DNA of 64,000 nt from Dimorphilus gyrociliatus (lineage: Eukaryota > Animalia > Annelida): contig CAJFCJ010000004.1 in assembly GCA_904063045.1 (NCBI GenBank), positions 1,853,713-1,917,712 of the forward strand. Direction: 5' to 3'. The position numbers and the translations under genes were made by a program. Shown one piece after another: positions 27,939 to 41,600 of the stretch (position 1 is the first letter of the stretch; the number at the start of each line of letters is the position of its first letter). Under the pieces are notes generated by a model, which ran no database searches, was not told the origin of the DNA, and saw only the letters and a program-made list of their open reading frames with translations.

Positions 27939-28634
27939 ATGAGTACTGAAACCAACATAACGAATTCAACTTTGCATTACACTATTATTAAGACTGTCAT
28001 AGACAAAGGATATGCACCAGATTTAAGTAAGCTGTCTGAAATACTAGGTCAATCAGAAGATCAAATCAAGGCTGCGTTGTATAAACTTCAAAATGATCAT
28101 GGAGTCGTTTTGCATCCAAATGAACCTAAAGTTTGGGTTATACATCCCTTTTCATTAGCTCCAACAAACTTTTACGTTAAGTCGGAAAAAGGTGAATGGT
28201 GGGGAAATTGTGCTTGGTGCTCGTTAGGCATAGCTGCTATACTTAAAGAGAATGTTACCATAGCAACAAATATTGGGGGTGAAGACAAACATATAATTAT
28301 CGAAATAGTTGATGGGGAACTTAAAAACAAAGGTTTGTTCATACACTTTCCTATTCCTATGAAAGAAGCATGGAAAAATGTTATATTTACTTGTGGGGTA
28401 ATGCTTGCATTTGAAAGTGAAGATGAGGTTGACGTCTGGTCTAAAAAACATAACATACCAAAAGGTGATGTACAGCCTATTGAAAAAATATGGAACTTTG
28501 CAAAAAAGTGGTATGGTAATCATGCAAATCCTAAATGGAATAAATGGACAATTGATGAAGCTAAAAGTATGTTTAGCGAATTTCAATTGAATCATCCGAT
28601 TTGGAATTTGGAAAATTCAGAAAAAAACTTCTAA
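27939..28634 (+). CDS. Alkylmercury lyase (MerB) family protein, intronless, bacterial-like
   Basis: N-terminal helix-turn-helix-like segment; HPFSLAPTNFYV; WGNCAWCSLGIAA; VIFTCGVMLAF; FAKKWYG. The layout matches MerB-family proteins (PFS..PT.H, xWCAxD, FC motifs). Single exon of ~231 aa from the ATG at 27939. Confidence 0.8.
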   Translation: MSTETNITNSTLHYTIIKTVIDKGYAPDLSKLSEILGQSEDQIKAALYKLQNDHGVVLHPNEPKVWVIHPFSLAPTNFYVKSEKGEWWGNCAWCSLGIAAILKENVTIATNIGGEDKHIIIEIVDGELKNKGLFIHFPIPMKEAWKNVIFTCGVMLAFESEDEVDVWSKKHNIPKGDVQPIEKIWNFAKKWYGNHANPKWNKWTIDEAKSMFSEFQLNHPIWNLENSEKNF

Positions 28635-29031
28635 ATTTTAAAGTATAATAAGAGAAACTCTTAGGGAAAGAAAGAGGTTAGATAGTTGGAAAAACTTTTA
28701 TAGCCTTCTTAGCCAAAGTAGACCAAACTATTTGAAATTATAGTTTTGTCTTTGTCCTATATATGTTGAATAAAATTATAAAAATTTAAATAATGCATGG
28801 CACATTTTCACTTTGTATATCGGAAATGTCTTAATCGATATTTTACATAAGAAAGGTTTCCATAGTAAATTTCAATAGGCGAGCGATAATAAAATAATTT
28901 ATCAATTAAAACATTATTTAGGTTTCAATAAATTTTTTAAGCTTCAAGGATCTAGTTAAAAATCGTTAATATGAAAGTTTAAGAAAATTCACAAAAATAT
29001 TTTCGAATACGAAAATGACAACGAATTGAAA

Positions 29032-29042
29032 CTTCCTTTTCC
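29032..29042 (+). promoter_or_regulatory. 5' TOP / TCT polypyrimidine initiator of RPL36A
   Basis: CTTCCTTTTCC ~20 nt upstream of the ATG of a ribosomal protein gene. Confidence 0.6.
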
Positions 29043-29062
29043 GTTTTTCATCGGCAGTAAAT

Positions 29063-29612
<550 letters not shown>

Positions 29613-29981
29613 ACTCCGTTTCGTATGTTATGCTTTGCCTAATACATCATTCTGACGAGTAAGAGAGTCAAACTGTATTAGTTTTTATGACGTAGACAAT
29701 AGACGTAGGCAGGACGACTAGAATACTTGGATATGTTAAAAAGCTGAGAAAAGTTTTTTGAACACCGAAAATATAACAAAAGTATTTTAAAACTTGGAAC
29801 TTAAATTCTTTGAATATTTCAACTTGAGACAGTTGCTTATTCTACCCTTTTTCTCATAGAAGCTCCAATTTTGCTCTTAAATTAATGCACCAAGATCAAG
29901 GTGTTTAAGTAATAGTTTGTTAAATAATTTCTGTTCATCTTCAGAGAAATTATGTGAAGATTGATTAACAATTGTGTAGAA

Positions 29982-31333
29982 CTAGAACATAGGTTTAATA
30001 AGTAGTGCCAGTGTCTGAGCTGCTTTAGGTAATATAACAGAGAGTGTAACGCTTTGTCCTCTTGCAAGGGTTGTTACAGCCTCTTTCTGAACGTCCAGAA
30101 CTCTTTCATTCTGATCTTGCATTATCAGAGCCAGTTCGGCTGTTACATCATCGTGAGCTAGAACATGTACAACCCAATGCAAAGTTGAATCAATAACACG
30201 ATCTACTGCTCGTCTATAGGTAACCTTCCATTCTAGATTTCTCTCTTCAGAAGGTACAGAGCCCCTCCATGTTTTTACATCGGAAGCCAAACCGAAACGT
30301 CGAGTATTATGCACTTTTACACTATCAACTGCCGCTTCAACGTAATGTCTGGGTGTGTAACTAGAACCTTCAAACGTAACACCAGCTGGACATAGTGTTC
30401 GATATCGGTAAGCGTCGCTTAACAAACTGTACATTAGATCTCTGGTGTTTGAGTTTATGGCCATATCACTCTTTTCTACTTCTTGTAGATGATGAACGTG
30501 CATTTGCGAAAATCTGACAAGAGGTAGTAGTTTATCGGCCTTTGAAATGCGATCTTCGTTGAGCCACAAACAAACAGCCCTGTAAACTTTTAATTCATTT
30601 TCAACAACCAAATCATTACTTGACAAAAAGTCAACCAAAACGTCGACATCCATTTCCTTCCAGGCTGGTTCATCCATAACCATTTCGACATTCCAAGCGA
30701 ATGTCTTTGAACAAACTGCCATTAAATCATTCAACTGTAACACTCTGGCCCAAGGTAGCCAAGTCAGCGCATTAGTTACATTAGGTGATTGAGCCTTTTT
30801 CGTCATATACGTAACAATAAGGTTCTTAAGAGATTCAACTTGATATTTGTCCGCCAATCGTAGCAATGGTAAAGCTGTTTCAACGTTAACAATAGCTTCG
30901 CCAGTGTATAAGCACTTCATGAATGTTGAGAAAACTTCACAACAATCTGCATCTTCATGCAATTCCAGTTCACCCGAGCCTCCTTCGGCCCAATCTAAAC
31001 CGTACAACATTGTTCTGAAAACAATTGAGGATTTTGCAAGAACGAATCTATGCGACTTCCAAGTCATAGGCGAAGAAATATCGGAGTTTGATGAGAATAT
31101 ATTAACTACCACATCAGATAGCTCCGCTGAGTCGTAATATTTAGCTATATCGCTAATAAATACTGAATCGTCCTTGATCGTTTCGTTTTCAAGAGTGTTT
31201 TGGTCTTTATCTTCAAGCTCCAATTTGGCTACCTGTACAAAAAATTGAAAAATAAACAATGATGAAATCAAAGATACATTAAGATATCATTTCAACAAAC
31301 CTCATCATTTTGACATATTTCGGTGGAGGACAT
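29982..31333 (-). CDS. BTB-BACK domain protein, BTBD17-like
   Basis: Exon 1 MSSTEICQNDE|; BTB SDVVV...SHRFVLAKSSIVFRTML...DCCEVFSTFMKCLYTG...LRLADKYQV; BACK domain; YTPRHY. Confidence 0.82.
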
Positions 31334-32613
31334 AGCTAGCTTCTGAGTTTTGAACTATTCGTAAGGCGACTACCAATTACCCATTCAAATCGATAGCTAG
31401 AACTGTATACAGCATATTTAAGTTAAGCAAGTTAAGGACTATTAAAAAAAGGAGCGGGCAGGGACCAGTGTAAAGAGAACTGGAAACCAGTCATTCTTAT
31501 TGACTAGTTGTTTGTTGTTTGTTTCCCCTATCGTCGATGGAATCAATGAAAATTTTAAAAAATATTGAAAATTTGTTATTTATACAATTAATTTTAAAAG
31601 TGACTAATCATCACAACATGAAAATTACGTATTAAAATATACTTTTCCAAAGAATAATAAAATGTTCATTCAAAATGGCTGTCAAGGTTTAAAAACAAAG
31701 TTTCTTTAGAAATACGTAAATGTATTTCTATATATAGAAAAATTTTAAGTTCTTATTTTCACCTTTTAAAAAAATTGAATATTTACAACAGAAACTAGCC
31801 AAACAAACAAAAAATCATATATATTAGAATATATAGAGATAATCAACAGTCTTGTGTGTCATCTATTCGATATATCGTTAATTGCTTGTATATTGTATTT
31901 GAAATGTTTTCTGAACGGAATAAATTTACTTGAATCGTAGGAAATAAACAACGTCGATTCCTTTCTTTAATAATAATCTTACAATATATACACTATATCT
32001 TGTATATAAAGCGAAAAAATGGTTAAGTAAAGATCAATAAAGCATAAAGGTAAAGCTGAAGTAGGGAATAATTAAAGCATAAAGAAGGTAAAAGGATAAA
32101 AAATGTAGAAAAAGAGTTTTTAACGGAGAATTGAACGGAACTTACTTTTTAGATAAGAAGTCTAACAATACACTGTAGACAGTCTACAAAGCATATAATA
32201 AAACTAGTAAAAATGAAGTAAACCAAGTAATCCCTTTTCTCGTTGAGTAAATTTGAAGTTGGAGGTCTGTAATAATAGTGAAAATGAATAAAAATATATA
32301 TTTTATAGAGAAACCTACTACGCAGCGTATAGATTCATTATACCTATCCAAGAGAAAAAGAGTTCTTATACTATTTATCTTTTAGTACGTAATAAGTAAA
32401 TATTAGTTTATGTCCTTAATATTTTATTATATATTTATATATAAATAAATATAAACATAAATATAGTACGTATAGGGAGATTTGTATATTATTTTTACGG
32501 CTGAGGGAAGGTGAAGAAGGGGTTTAAATAACGTGAAAGAATATGTATATTTAAGAATTTTGATGATATTATGCTTTCTTCATTCCTTTATAGTATTTTA
32601 TCTAATTCTCTGT

Positions 32614-33016
32614 TTAGATGCTAAATACTGAATATTGTCCACGAGATTTCTTCTTCTTCTGTTCTTCAATTAACGAATGTTCTCTAACAAAGTGTCTAGT
32701 ATTTGTCTCTCTACTAAAATCTCCAACTTTTAACGCTTTGACAGGTTTATAAAGACCCTTAGTATTTCCATAGACCCGTTTAATTTCGAATGCTAAGGGG
32801 TAGCAGCCCTACGGAAGCATTTAAAAAAAAATTATTACCATTCATAAGTCGTAGTTTTATAAATTCTCTTCCAAAGAAAATACTTACTAACAGCATGACA
32901 GCTGCAATAAACACAGTTACCATAATAACGTGCATATACAAAGGAGTAAAAATTTTTATAGCACTTTCATTAATAGATTCCGTTGTTCTTTGTAATGTAT
33001 TGTTTATTAAAATCAT
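32614..33016 (-). CDS. Predicted 118-aa single-pass membrane protein (2 exons: 32839-33016, 32614-32792)
   Basis: A 46-nt GT-AG intron (32793-32838) joins two open frames: MILINNTLQRTTESINESAIKIFTPLYMHVIMVTVFIAAVMLLVSIFFGREFIKLRLMN|AFEIKRVYG...GQYSVFSI*. No family recognised. Confidence 0.5.
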
Positions 33017-33309
33017 TATTACATTTAATGTTCTATTTATATGATGGTTTATAGCTATTATTTTCGTAGACGATATCAACAATTTCTACAAGATGAGGGT
33101 GGTTTGAGGAGCTATTGGCCTTAAGATGGTGGCGTAAGAAAACTTTGATTGCGGATAATAGAATTGGTAGTGAAGAAAAAATATTTTGTATTTAAGTATT
33201 CTTCTCTCTTTGTCAATACGAAAGACATTTTTGAACGATGAAAGTGAATTATAAATAGATATAATACGGTTACGATTTATAAATTTCTTTTTATCACTTT
33301 ATGCTCGGT

Positions 33310-33381
33310 GGGAGCATAGCTCAGGGGCAGAGCATTCGACTGCAGATCGAGAGGTCACCGGTTCAAATCCGGTTGCTCCCT
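33310..33381 (+). tRNA. tRNA-Cys (GCA)
   Basis: Acceptor stem GGGAGCA/TGCTCCC, anticodon arm TCGAC-TGCAGA-TCGA, T-loop GGTTCAAATCC, U discriminator, downstream oligo-T terminator. Confidence 0.96.
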
Positions 33382-34402
33382 ATAAAATTTTTTTTTGTTA
33401 TTAGTTAATTTCTTATAAACTCTCATTATACTTTTTGCTGTTTGGCAATGGTTCTTGCATTAACATCTTTATAATAATTCCTTTTTCAATAAGTTAAAAC
33501 CAAATATTTCTTATTTTTCTACCTATGCAAGAGATGGCGTTACACGCTCTAAAATGTTGAAGATAGGCACTTGTACAGTACAAGTATAGTTTGTAGCTTT
33601 ATTTCTCTTTTTAAATTTGTATTTCTATGATTTTCAGATGTAGAAATGTAAAATTTTCTTCGTGCTAGATAACAGATATAAAAAATGGTAATGAAAAAAA
33701 TATTCGTTTCAAAGGAATCTTATATAATAAAAAAAGTATAGCATCTTTTTTCATCTTCTTACCTCGCGATATTTCTACACCAGATGTGTACAAACACGTC
33801 GCTCTTAGGCCTATTAAAACCTTCTAGTTAGATTATTGAATATTTACCAACGTTGGCTAAAAAATTGCAGTAAGTTTTCTTGGGTTTTCTAATGAAATAA
33901 ACGTTAAATACAATAGACATAAATATTAGATAATGATGTAAAATCATATGGAAAAGATAAAAAAAGAACGGGATTTCTAAGTGTACAAATTTTAGAGGTC
34001 ATTAGGTGCAGATAACAATATATAGAGTATGAAACTATTAAATAGTATAAATCAGTATTAGCAAAAGTTTTTTGAAGAGATTAAGCCTCTGCAAAGCATA
34101 TGCCTTCTCTAAACACTTTTAATAGACCTAGTTGTGCTATTTTTTTCACTTGTATTAGTATCATTTCAGAGATAATAAGAAAGTAAACCACTAGAAGAAT
34201 CAAGAAGAGATTGTTTAAAAATTGAAAGATTATTTTCAAACTGTTCGAAGAGAAAAACGGGATAACCATGAATATTTATTTTATGTAATTTTTTTTATAT
34301 AGAATATATATGAATAATTCAACTGGTTTAATATTTTATCTTATCTAAGACAGTATTGCTCTGACAAAATAACGAACTAATCTACGAATTAAATACAAGA
34401 AG

Positions 34403-36994
34403 ATGTCTCGCCCAGGGAATGAAAAATTTCTTAATCAAAGCTATAATAAACTGAAGAAGAGTCTTAAACAACCGAATGAGTTGTTCGTTGATCAAAAATT
34501 TCCTATGACTTCTATATTAAGAAGTTCTAATCAAAGGATTGAATGGAAGAGGCCGAAAGTAATATTTTCTTCGTAGTTGAATAATCTATTGTCTTCATTT
34601 GTCAATATATTGTTTATTAGTGTTTGTTTGTGTGTATGTTATAGGATATCTCAAGTAATCCAAGAATATTTGTTGATAACGGAGTAATATCTGTGAAACA
34701 AGGAGAATTGGGCAATTGTTGGTTTATGTCGGCTCTTGTATGTCTAGTTCGCCATAAAGACTTATTAAAAAAAGTTATGCCTCACTTAGAAATTCAGGAA
34801 TGGAATGCTAAAAAACCAGAAACATATAAAGGAATATTTAAATTTTCTTTTTGCAGGTTAATCATCTATTTTCGTTATCAAAAGATACAATTTATCTTTT
34901 TTCCTTATTTTTTTTATTAAAATTTATAAAAACGAATAGACTTGGAAAATGGATGGATGTTGTAATTGATGATAGACTACCAACCAGAAACAATGGATTA
35001 ATCTATTCGAGATCCAACAATAAGAATGAATTTTTTAGTTCTCTCGTCGAAAAGGCCTATGCAAAGTAATATTGATATTCAGTAGATACTGTGCTTATTA
35101 TAAACACTTTATAAAGTTGTTAAAAAACATGACTAGGCTTATATCAGAAAATAATAATTGTTTATTTATAGAATATTCTTTTAATTGGTGTTTAAATTAA
35201 CAGATTTCATGGCGGATATTCCGCAATAGAATCTGGAACATTATCTGAATCATTTTCGCACTTGACCGGTGGAAACACTAAAACGATAACCCTATCAGAA
35301 GTTATTAGGGGAAATAATAATGATGAAGTCTTCTACGAATTAAAAAAAGCTTTCAAGAGTAAATGTCTCGTAACTGCATCAAGAGAGGCGGTAATGAAAG
35401 CTCTGTTGACAGATATGAAAGATTATATATAGAAGATAATTAATATTATATTTTCAATTGCAGATACAGCATGCTTACGCTGTTATTGCTGTTAAAGAGG
35501 TGCCTCTTATGAAGAGAAGTAGGAAAAAGTATAAAAATAGTAAAAAACTAAAGATGATCTATCTCCATAATCCTTGGGGAGATGGAAATAGACATAGAGA
35601 TTCTGGTCTAACATTTTCTGATTGGGATGCCCTTAATAAATCTTGGAGAAAGAAGAATCAAAAAGTTAATGATAATGGTGAATACTGGGTATTATTTGAC
35701 CTATTTGTTCAAAGATTTAGAAGCATAGCAATTTGTACGATAAAATCGAGGTTAAATATTAAATTATATAATATAAATATTAATCAATAATGAAATTATT
35801 AAAAACAATGTTAGTAAGAAGGAACAAGTTTTTCATTCGTCCTGGAATAGAAAATCAAATACTGTTGGAGGTTGTGTAAATTCTAGAGAGAGTTTTCCAT
35901 TTAATCCTCAGGTAAGTAGAATATAAATAAACTATTTTGAGTAACAGTTACTCTAATGATTGAAATTCTACTTTTTATAGTTTCTTTTAAATGTCAAACG
36001 AGAAGAGGAGACGATAGAATGTTTCTTAACTCAAGATCACGAACGAAGTGGACGTAAGCCCCTTTTGAGCATGAATACCACGGTTGTTAAAGTTAGTTCA
36101 TTAATAATTTACACGCTTATAGTATTCTTAACAAGATGATAATTATTGTCATAATGCTATATATAGGCAGAAGTAAATAGAAATTGTAAATTTCATTCGT
36201 TAAGGAATCTAAAAGTAATTAACGATGGAAGTAAATTCACCAACCTTGAGACGACCTTTAATGAATATACGCTAAAAAAGGGAACTTATATACTGGTGCC
36301 ATCTACCTACGAAAGAGGAAGAGAAGGGAAATTTTCATTAAAAATAATCGGAAATGTTCAAGTGAAGTAGGCGCTTTTTATTTTTTTGTTATCATTATTA
36401 AAAGAATAATAATTTGAATAAATTAATTTTCAGAGAACTTTTAAGAGATACACCGAAAAGTAAATTATCATTTCCATTATCCTTATTTCAAAGTTCGAAA
36501 GGCTTCTCAGTCGTTACCAGTATTAAGATAAATCATATAGATTTTAAGGAGTCTAAAGGTTTTTGATAATAAAACAACTTTATAATTAATGAGACAATTA
36601 CATGATAACCATAAATTATTGCTTTAAAGATAATGAGAAATATACGGTTAAGTTCAGGTGCGAGAATAAAACGATTCTATGCGATTATAGTGAAAATGAG
36701 GGGATTAGCGTAGTATTCTATAGGAAAAAAGAAGATGTCCCAATTACCCTGGAAATTTATTCTAAAGGCTTACTAGGTCAAAAACAACTAGGAAAGGCTT
36801 TTTTTAACAAGAATCTAGAATCTATTGCTAATCAGGTTTGTTTTATTAATTTCCTATATCGTCATTCAAAGAAACACTAAGAAAATCAATATATGAACTG
36901 TTTGATACAGGTCTTCACCGAACCCATTGAAGGATCTAGGGTTGGAACGATTAGATTAATAGTCAATCAATCGACTAATCTAAACGCTTTATGA
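34403..36994 (+). CDS. Calpain-5-like (TRA-3 type) cysteine protease, multi-exon
   Basis: LFVDQKFP...IEWKRP; [13 protein letters not shown] (Cys); HAYAV (His); LHNPWG (Asn); domain III (GGCVN...[19 protein letters not shown]); C-terminal C2-like domain; no penta-EF hand. Confidence 0.88.
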
Positions 36995-37343
36995 TTGAAT
37001 TTTGTTGACAAAGAACATTCAGTAAATAGGGAATAAATAATATTTATTGAAAATCTGTATTTCGTATACTGCAATATATATTTTGAAAATTTTATGAACA
37101 CTGTATTAATCTTTTACCTAAATTTATACTATTTTTATAAAAAAGCATAGAAAATAAAGTGAAAAAAGTTGTTTTCTACTGTTAAGAAGCAGCTAATTAA
37201 ACGATAATGATTTATTACATAGTTTTTATCTTATCACCTTGTAGAAATTACGCACTGACAAACATTAGAAAATCCACTTTTTATCAGAGCATTATATCCC
37301 ATTCCTTCCTCTTTCAAATATTACTTTCTCTCTTGACACGAAT

Positions 37344-38530
37344 ATGGAACGATTCTCCGATCCTTTAAACGTTTTTGCAAAAGTTTATTATATAAGTATG
37401 GCTACTCTGGGATTAATTTTTAACATCCTAAATATTTTCATTCTGACAAGGTCTCGTATGATAAAGCATTCTTCGTCAGTTTATCTTCTCGGCCTTTCAA
37501 TAGCTGATCTCTTTACTGTTTTATTTCAAATTATATTCAAGTATATCGTCTACGGAATTCTAAACGTAAGAAAACCAGGATGGTTTTTCGTATTTCTGTG
37601 TGTTTACAATCACTGGTTCATTATTGCAACTATAAGAAGTTCCTTCTTTATTCTTTTGGCATTTACAATTCTCCGTTACGTCTCTATAAGATATCCTGTG
37701 AAAGGTAAAATATGGGGTAAACCCAAAACGGCAAAGGTTACTATCCTCTTTTTTCATTATGTAAAATATTAAACTTACTTATATATATATATTATGTATA
37801 ACTGTTTAAATAGTTCGTTATTGTTTTCTTATTATTTGCTGGTTTAATCTATGGAATATATGAAATCTTTCTGAGAAAAGTTCAAAATGGAATTTGTACA
37901 TTTACGAATTTTGGACGAACGACATCAAGACTCTTCAGTCGACTTACATCAGCTACTTTTATACTTATAATGCTATTACTCATAGTTTTTAACTCACTTA
38001 TCATACTACAGCTAAGAAAAGCTGGCAGAAATGTTATATCCGTTCAGAATCGTAGATTACGTAATAAGCACGTTCAACGAACAAAAGTAACGCTGACACT
38101 TAGTTTGGTGTCCTTTACTTTTGTAATATTGAATATACCATGGTTGCTCTTTTATTTAACTCAACGTATGCCAGATAATTCAGGTGGAATTGAAAGAAAA
38201 GTAGGTTATTTTATATTCTATATATATATATATATAAAAATTTATATATATGCTCTATATTATATTTATATACATATACATAAAAAATTTAATTGTTAAA
38301 ATTCTACTTCCCTAACAAAGAGACGCCTATTAACAATTGCGCAGTTTGTGGGAGTTCTGAATCCAATTGTAAACTTTCCATTATACTCCCTACTGAATAA
38401 AGTATTTAGACAACAATTGAAAAAAATTTTCCAGTTTGACGAGTGCTGCTTTCAAAAACAAAAGATCGGACAAGCTAAAGTAACGTTTGTACAAACAATG
38501 CCCGAAAGTTGTCCGAATGTACATATTTAG
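37344..38530 (+). CDS. Rhodopsin-family (peptide-receptor-like) GPCR, 3-4 exons
   Basis: TM1 GLIFNILNIFIL; TM2 YLLGLSIADL; TM3 AFTILRYVSIRYP; TM6 FVILNIPW; TM7 LNPIVNFPLY...VFR. Confidence 0.82.
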
Positions 38531-38659
38531 TTATTAATTAAAGATATCAATAAAGTATATGTGTTCGAAATCTGTGTTTGTATATTTCAATAAATATTTT
38601 GATTGTAACGAGAGACTTTAAGGTCATTCGTGGGTGTTTTAAACAAAAGAGTGTATTAT

Positions 38660-41600
38660 TCACCATTTCTTGGTCTTTCTAGAATTGTTTATTTCTAGTA
38701 TCTCTCTCTGTCGGTTTCTTTCAAAAATTTCTATGGAAGTATTTGATTTTTTTCTATGCTTACGTAACAAACGGAAATCTATAATCTTTTTCTTTCATTC
38801 TTCTTATACATTAAGAATAATAATCGTTAGGAATAAAGCAATTAATCCTAAGTCATTGAGAAGGCCAAAGTGATCAAGTATAAATAAAGTATATTATCAA
38901 TTTATATAATAAGTTTATTCTTTTTTTTTCTCTTTTTCAAAGATTTATATAAACGTTTCTTATCTATTTTCTTATTTAATAAATTACCTTTTAGTATATT
39001 TAAATGCATAGTTATTGTAGTTAAATCTAATAATAATATACTAAAAAGAATGAATAGCAGCAAACCAATTGCAATGTAGCCAAATGTATCTGAGTTGCTT
39101 GCTTCGTCTGGTTTTGGCTCCGTATATGGATCTTTGATAACAATAATAATAATAAGTAACAGTATTGGAGTTTGGGTAATACTAATGAAATAAGTAACTT
39201 ACTTTCAGAGCAACTTAATAATTTTGGCGACCATTTTGCAGATTGATTGCAAAATACATTTTGCGTTGAATTATTCCGTAAACATTGAACTCTAACGTAG
39301 CTTTCGTATTTTGTTGATGTTGAATTGATTGAAATACCATCCCACGTTGGTATTATTGGACAATGTTTTCCTGAAAAACATTTTACAATAAATTAACAAT
39401 CTGCCTTCAGTTTTTAAATAATTTATTTAATATTCACTTTTACAAAATATTGCTGAAATTTGCGTAGACCATTCTGATGTATGTTCGCAAACAATTGGTA
39501 AAGTTATCTCTTCATTATTTATTTTAAATCCTTCATTGCATGATAGCATTGCTGAAGATTTATAGACGTTTTGCCCTATCCATTCTCCATTATCAACTTT
39601 TGGAAGTATTGGACAACGCACAGCTAAAGTGAATTCAATAGATTGATTAACTACATCAATAACAAAGTATTATTATTTACGATTGCAACTATCGTTACCA
39701 ATAGACAGTTCCTTGTTAAGATTGCATGTTACATTCTTTAGGGGAGATAACTCAAATGTATAACCAGTTTCACATTCAAGTTCTTCCGTTTTATTGAATT
39801 GAACGTTTTTGTATGAATTTAAATGATTTAAATGTCTTGTAGTACATTCTTTAACTAAAAAAAGAAAATCCAATTATGGACAATTTTATTATGTATGTAG
39901 TTTAAATATTATGAATAGAGTTTGTTGAAAATAGAATTTTTTAGTAATGACATACTTTTGCATTGATTTTCTATGTTTTCCCAATATGTATTGGATAAAC
40001 AAGCGCAGCTTTTATTGACAGTGCCGTCGGAAAATTCATATCCTTCGAAACAAGTGAATATCAAAATATTCCCAACAGTAACATTGATTTTATGTTCAAT
40101 TTTAGCATTTTGTATCAGATTAATGGGTGAGGGACACCGATTTGCTGTTCATTAATGAAGATAATTTAATTTTCAAAATTTCAATTTATATCAATGTTTG
40201 TTAATATTGATAATCTTACGTTTGCAGTCAATATCACTTGAATTCCAAGATCCGTTTGGTTGACATATGATATCATTCCAAGTAAAACCGTCAATCATTC
40301 TAAAAGGCAAGTTAAATCCGGGTATACATGATAAATTATAAGAAGGTGTACCAAATGAACTTAAGCCTATATAGTTGTAGCGCGAATTTGCAATGGCTGA
40401 CAAATTATTACATATTATCTCTATAATGAGTAAAAATTATGAAAGTTATCTTAATAAAACACAATAAAAAGCAGAATGAAATATGGACTGAACCTTGACA
40501 ATTTTCAATATGACCTTCCCATTGTTGGGTTTCATTACATTTTATAGTTTTTGTTAAGTTAAAATCAGGAAATGTATAGCCAGGTTTACAAGTATATTTT
40601 AAAACAGTTCCATAAGTAACTGCAGTATCATTTATACTAGTAAAAGAGAATTTTGGGTTTGGAGGACATCTTAGAACTAGTTTAAAAGAAATTTATCCTT
40701 TAGAATTGTTATTTATACTAGATAAAAGTTTTGTTATTACTTTCACAAAAGCCCGCTGCATGAATTATCCACGATGTTGTGGAATCTTGTTCAATTAAAA
40801 ATTCTTCTCTGCCATCTTGTAGACGATGACCAATCAAACATTTTACATTTAGGGTTAAGAGATTTGTTGATTTATTCAAAGTTAGACCAGCAATTCCAGA
40901 ATTTTTTACATAAGGTGGGGGAACGCATCCAATTTCTTTATAAATTTTAAAGGGGAATGAAGAGCAACTGATTCTAATAAAAGATTATTTAATCAAACCT
41001 TTACAATGACTGGAATCCCAAGAAAATTTTGGTGTACATTTTGATTTATGATTATGAATGAATGATGTTAAACAAGCTAGTCTATCTTCCTCTAATGAAC
41101 ACTTTTCTGAAGGCAGAAATTATAACTTGTTAATAAAAATTTGTCTATTTATCCTCTTTTCTCTTTGTTTTTACCTTCGCATGAATCTACTTCAGAACTC
41201 CAATGGTTATTACCAATACACTCTGTTGTTCTTGAACTTCCTCCGTGTTTAAAAATTTTATTGTTAGTGCACTGAAATACTAGTGGCTTTCCTGGTGAGT
41301 AGAAGGATTTCATCTGCTTTTTATCGTATCTTTTTTCGGACATGTTGCATTGAGCGTTTGGTTCTATAACTTTAATAAGAAGTCGTAAGTACTAAAGTCT
41401 TAAATTTTCATTAACTCATCTTACCTATTACAATAGGATTTGTTTGATTTTGATCAGTTGGTAGAGTTATACTCACATTTAACTCTATAGGCTTTATGGT
41501 GGCTTTAGTTGTTTCTAAATATATAGATTTCATTGTCGTATCTTCATTTGTAGCAATTGAAGATATCTTAATATTATTCGTTGCATGGGAACTTGTCTGA

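Noticed and set aside
27600-28700. Bacterial contamination as the explanation for the MerB-like ORF
   Set aside because: Base composition is continuous with the flanks, there are no neighbouring bacterial genes or operon structure, and intron-containing genes lie within about 0.7 kb on both sides. It is not fully excluded without read-level evidence.
29638-29681. Hairpin CTAATAC/GTATTAG with a TGAC/GTCA upper stem downstream of RPL36A, as a possible H/ACA RNA
   Set aside because: There is no convincing second hairpin or correctly spaced ACA box, and it lies in the 3' region between convergent genes.
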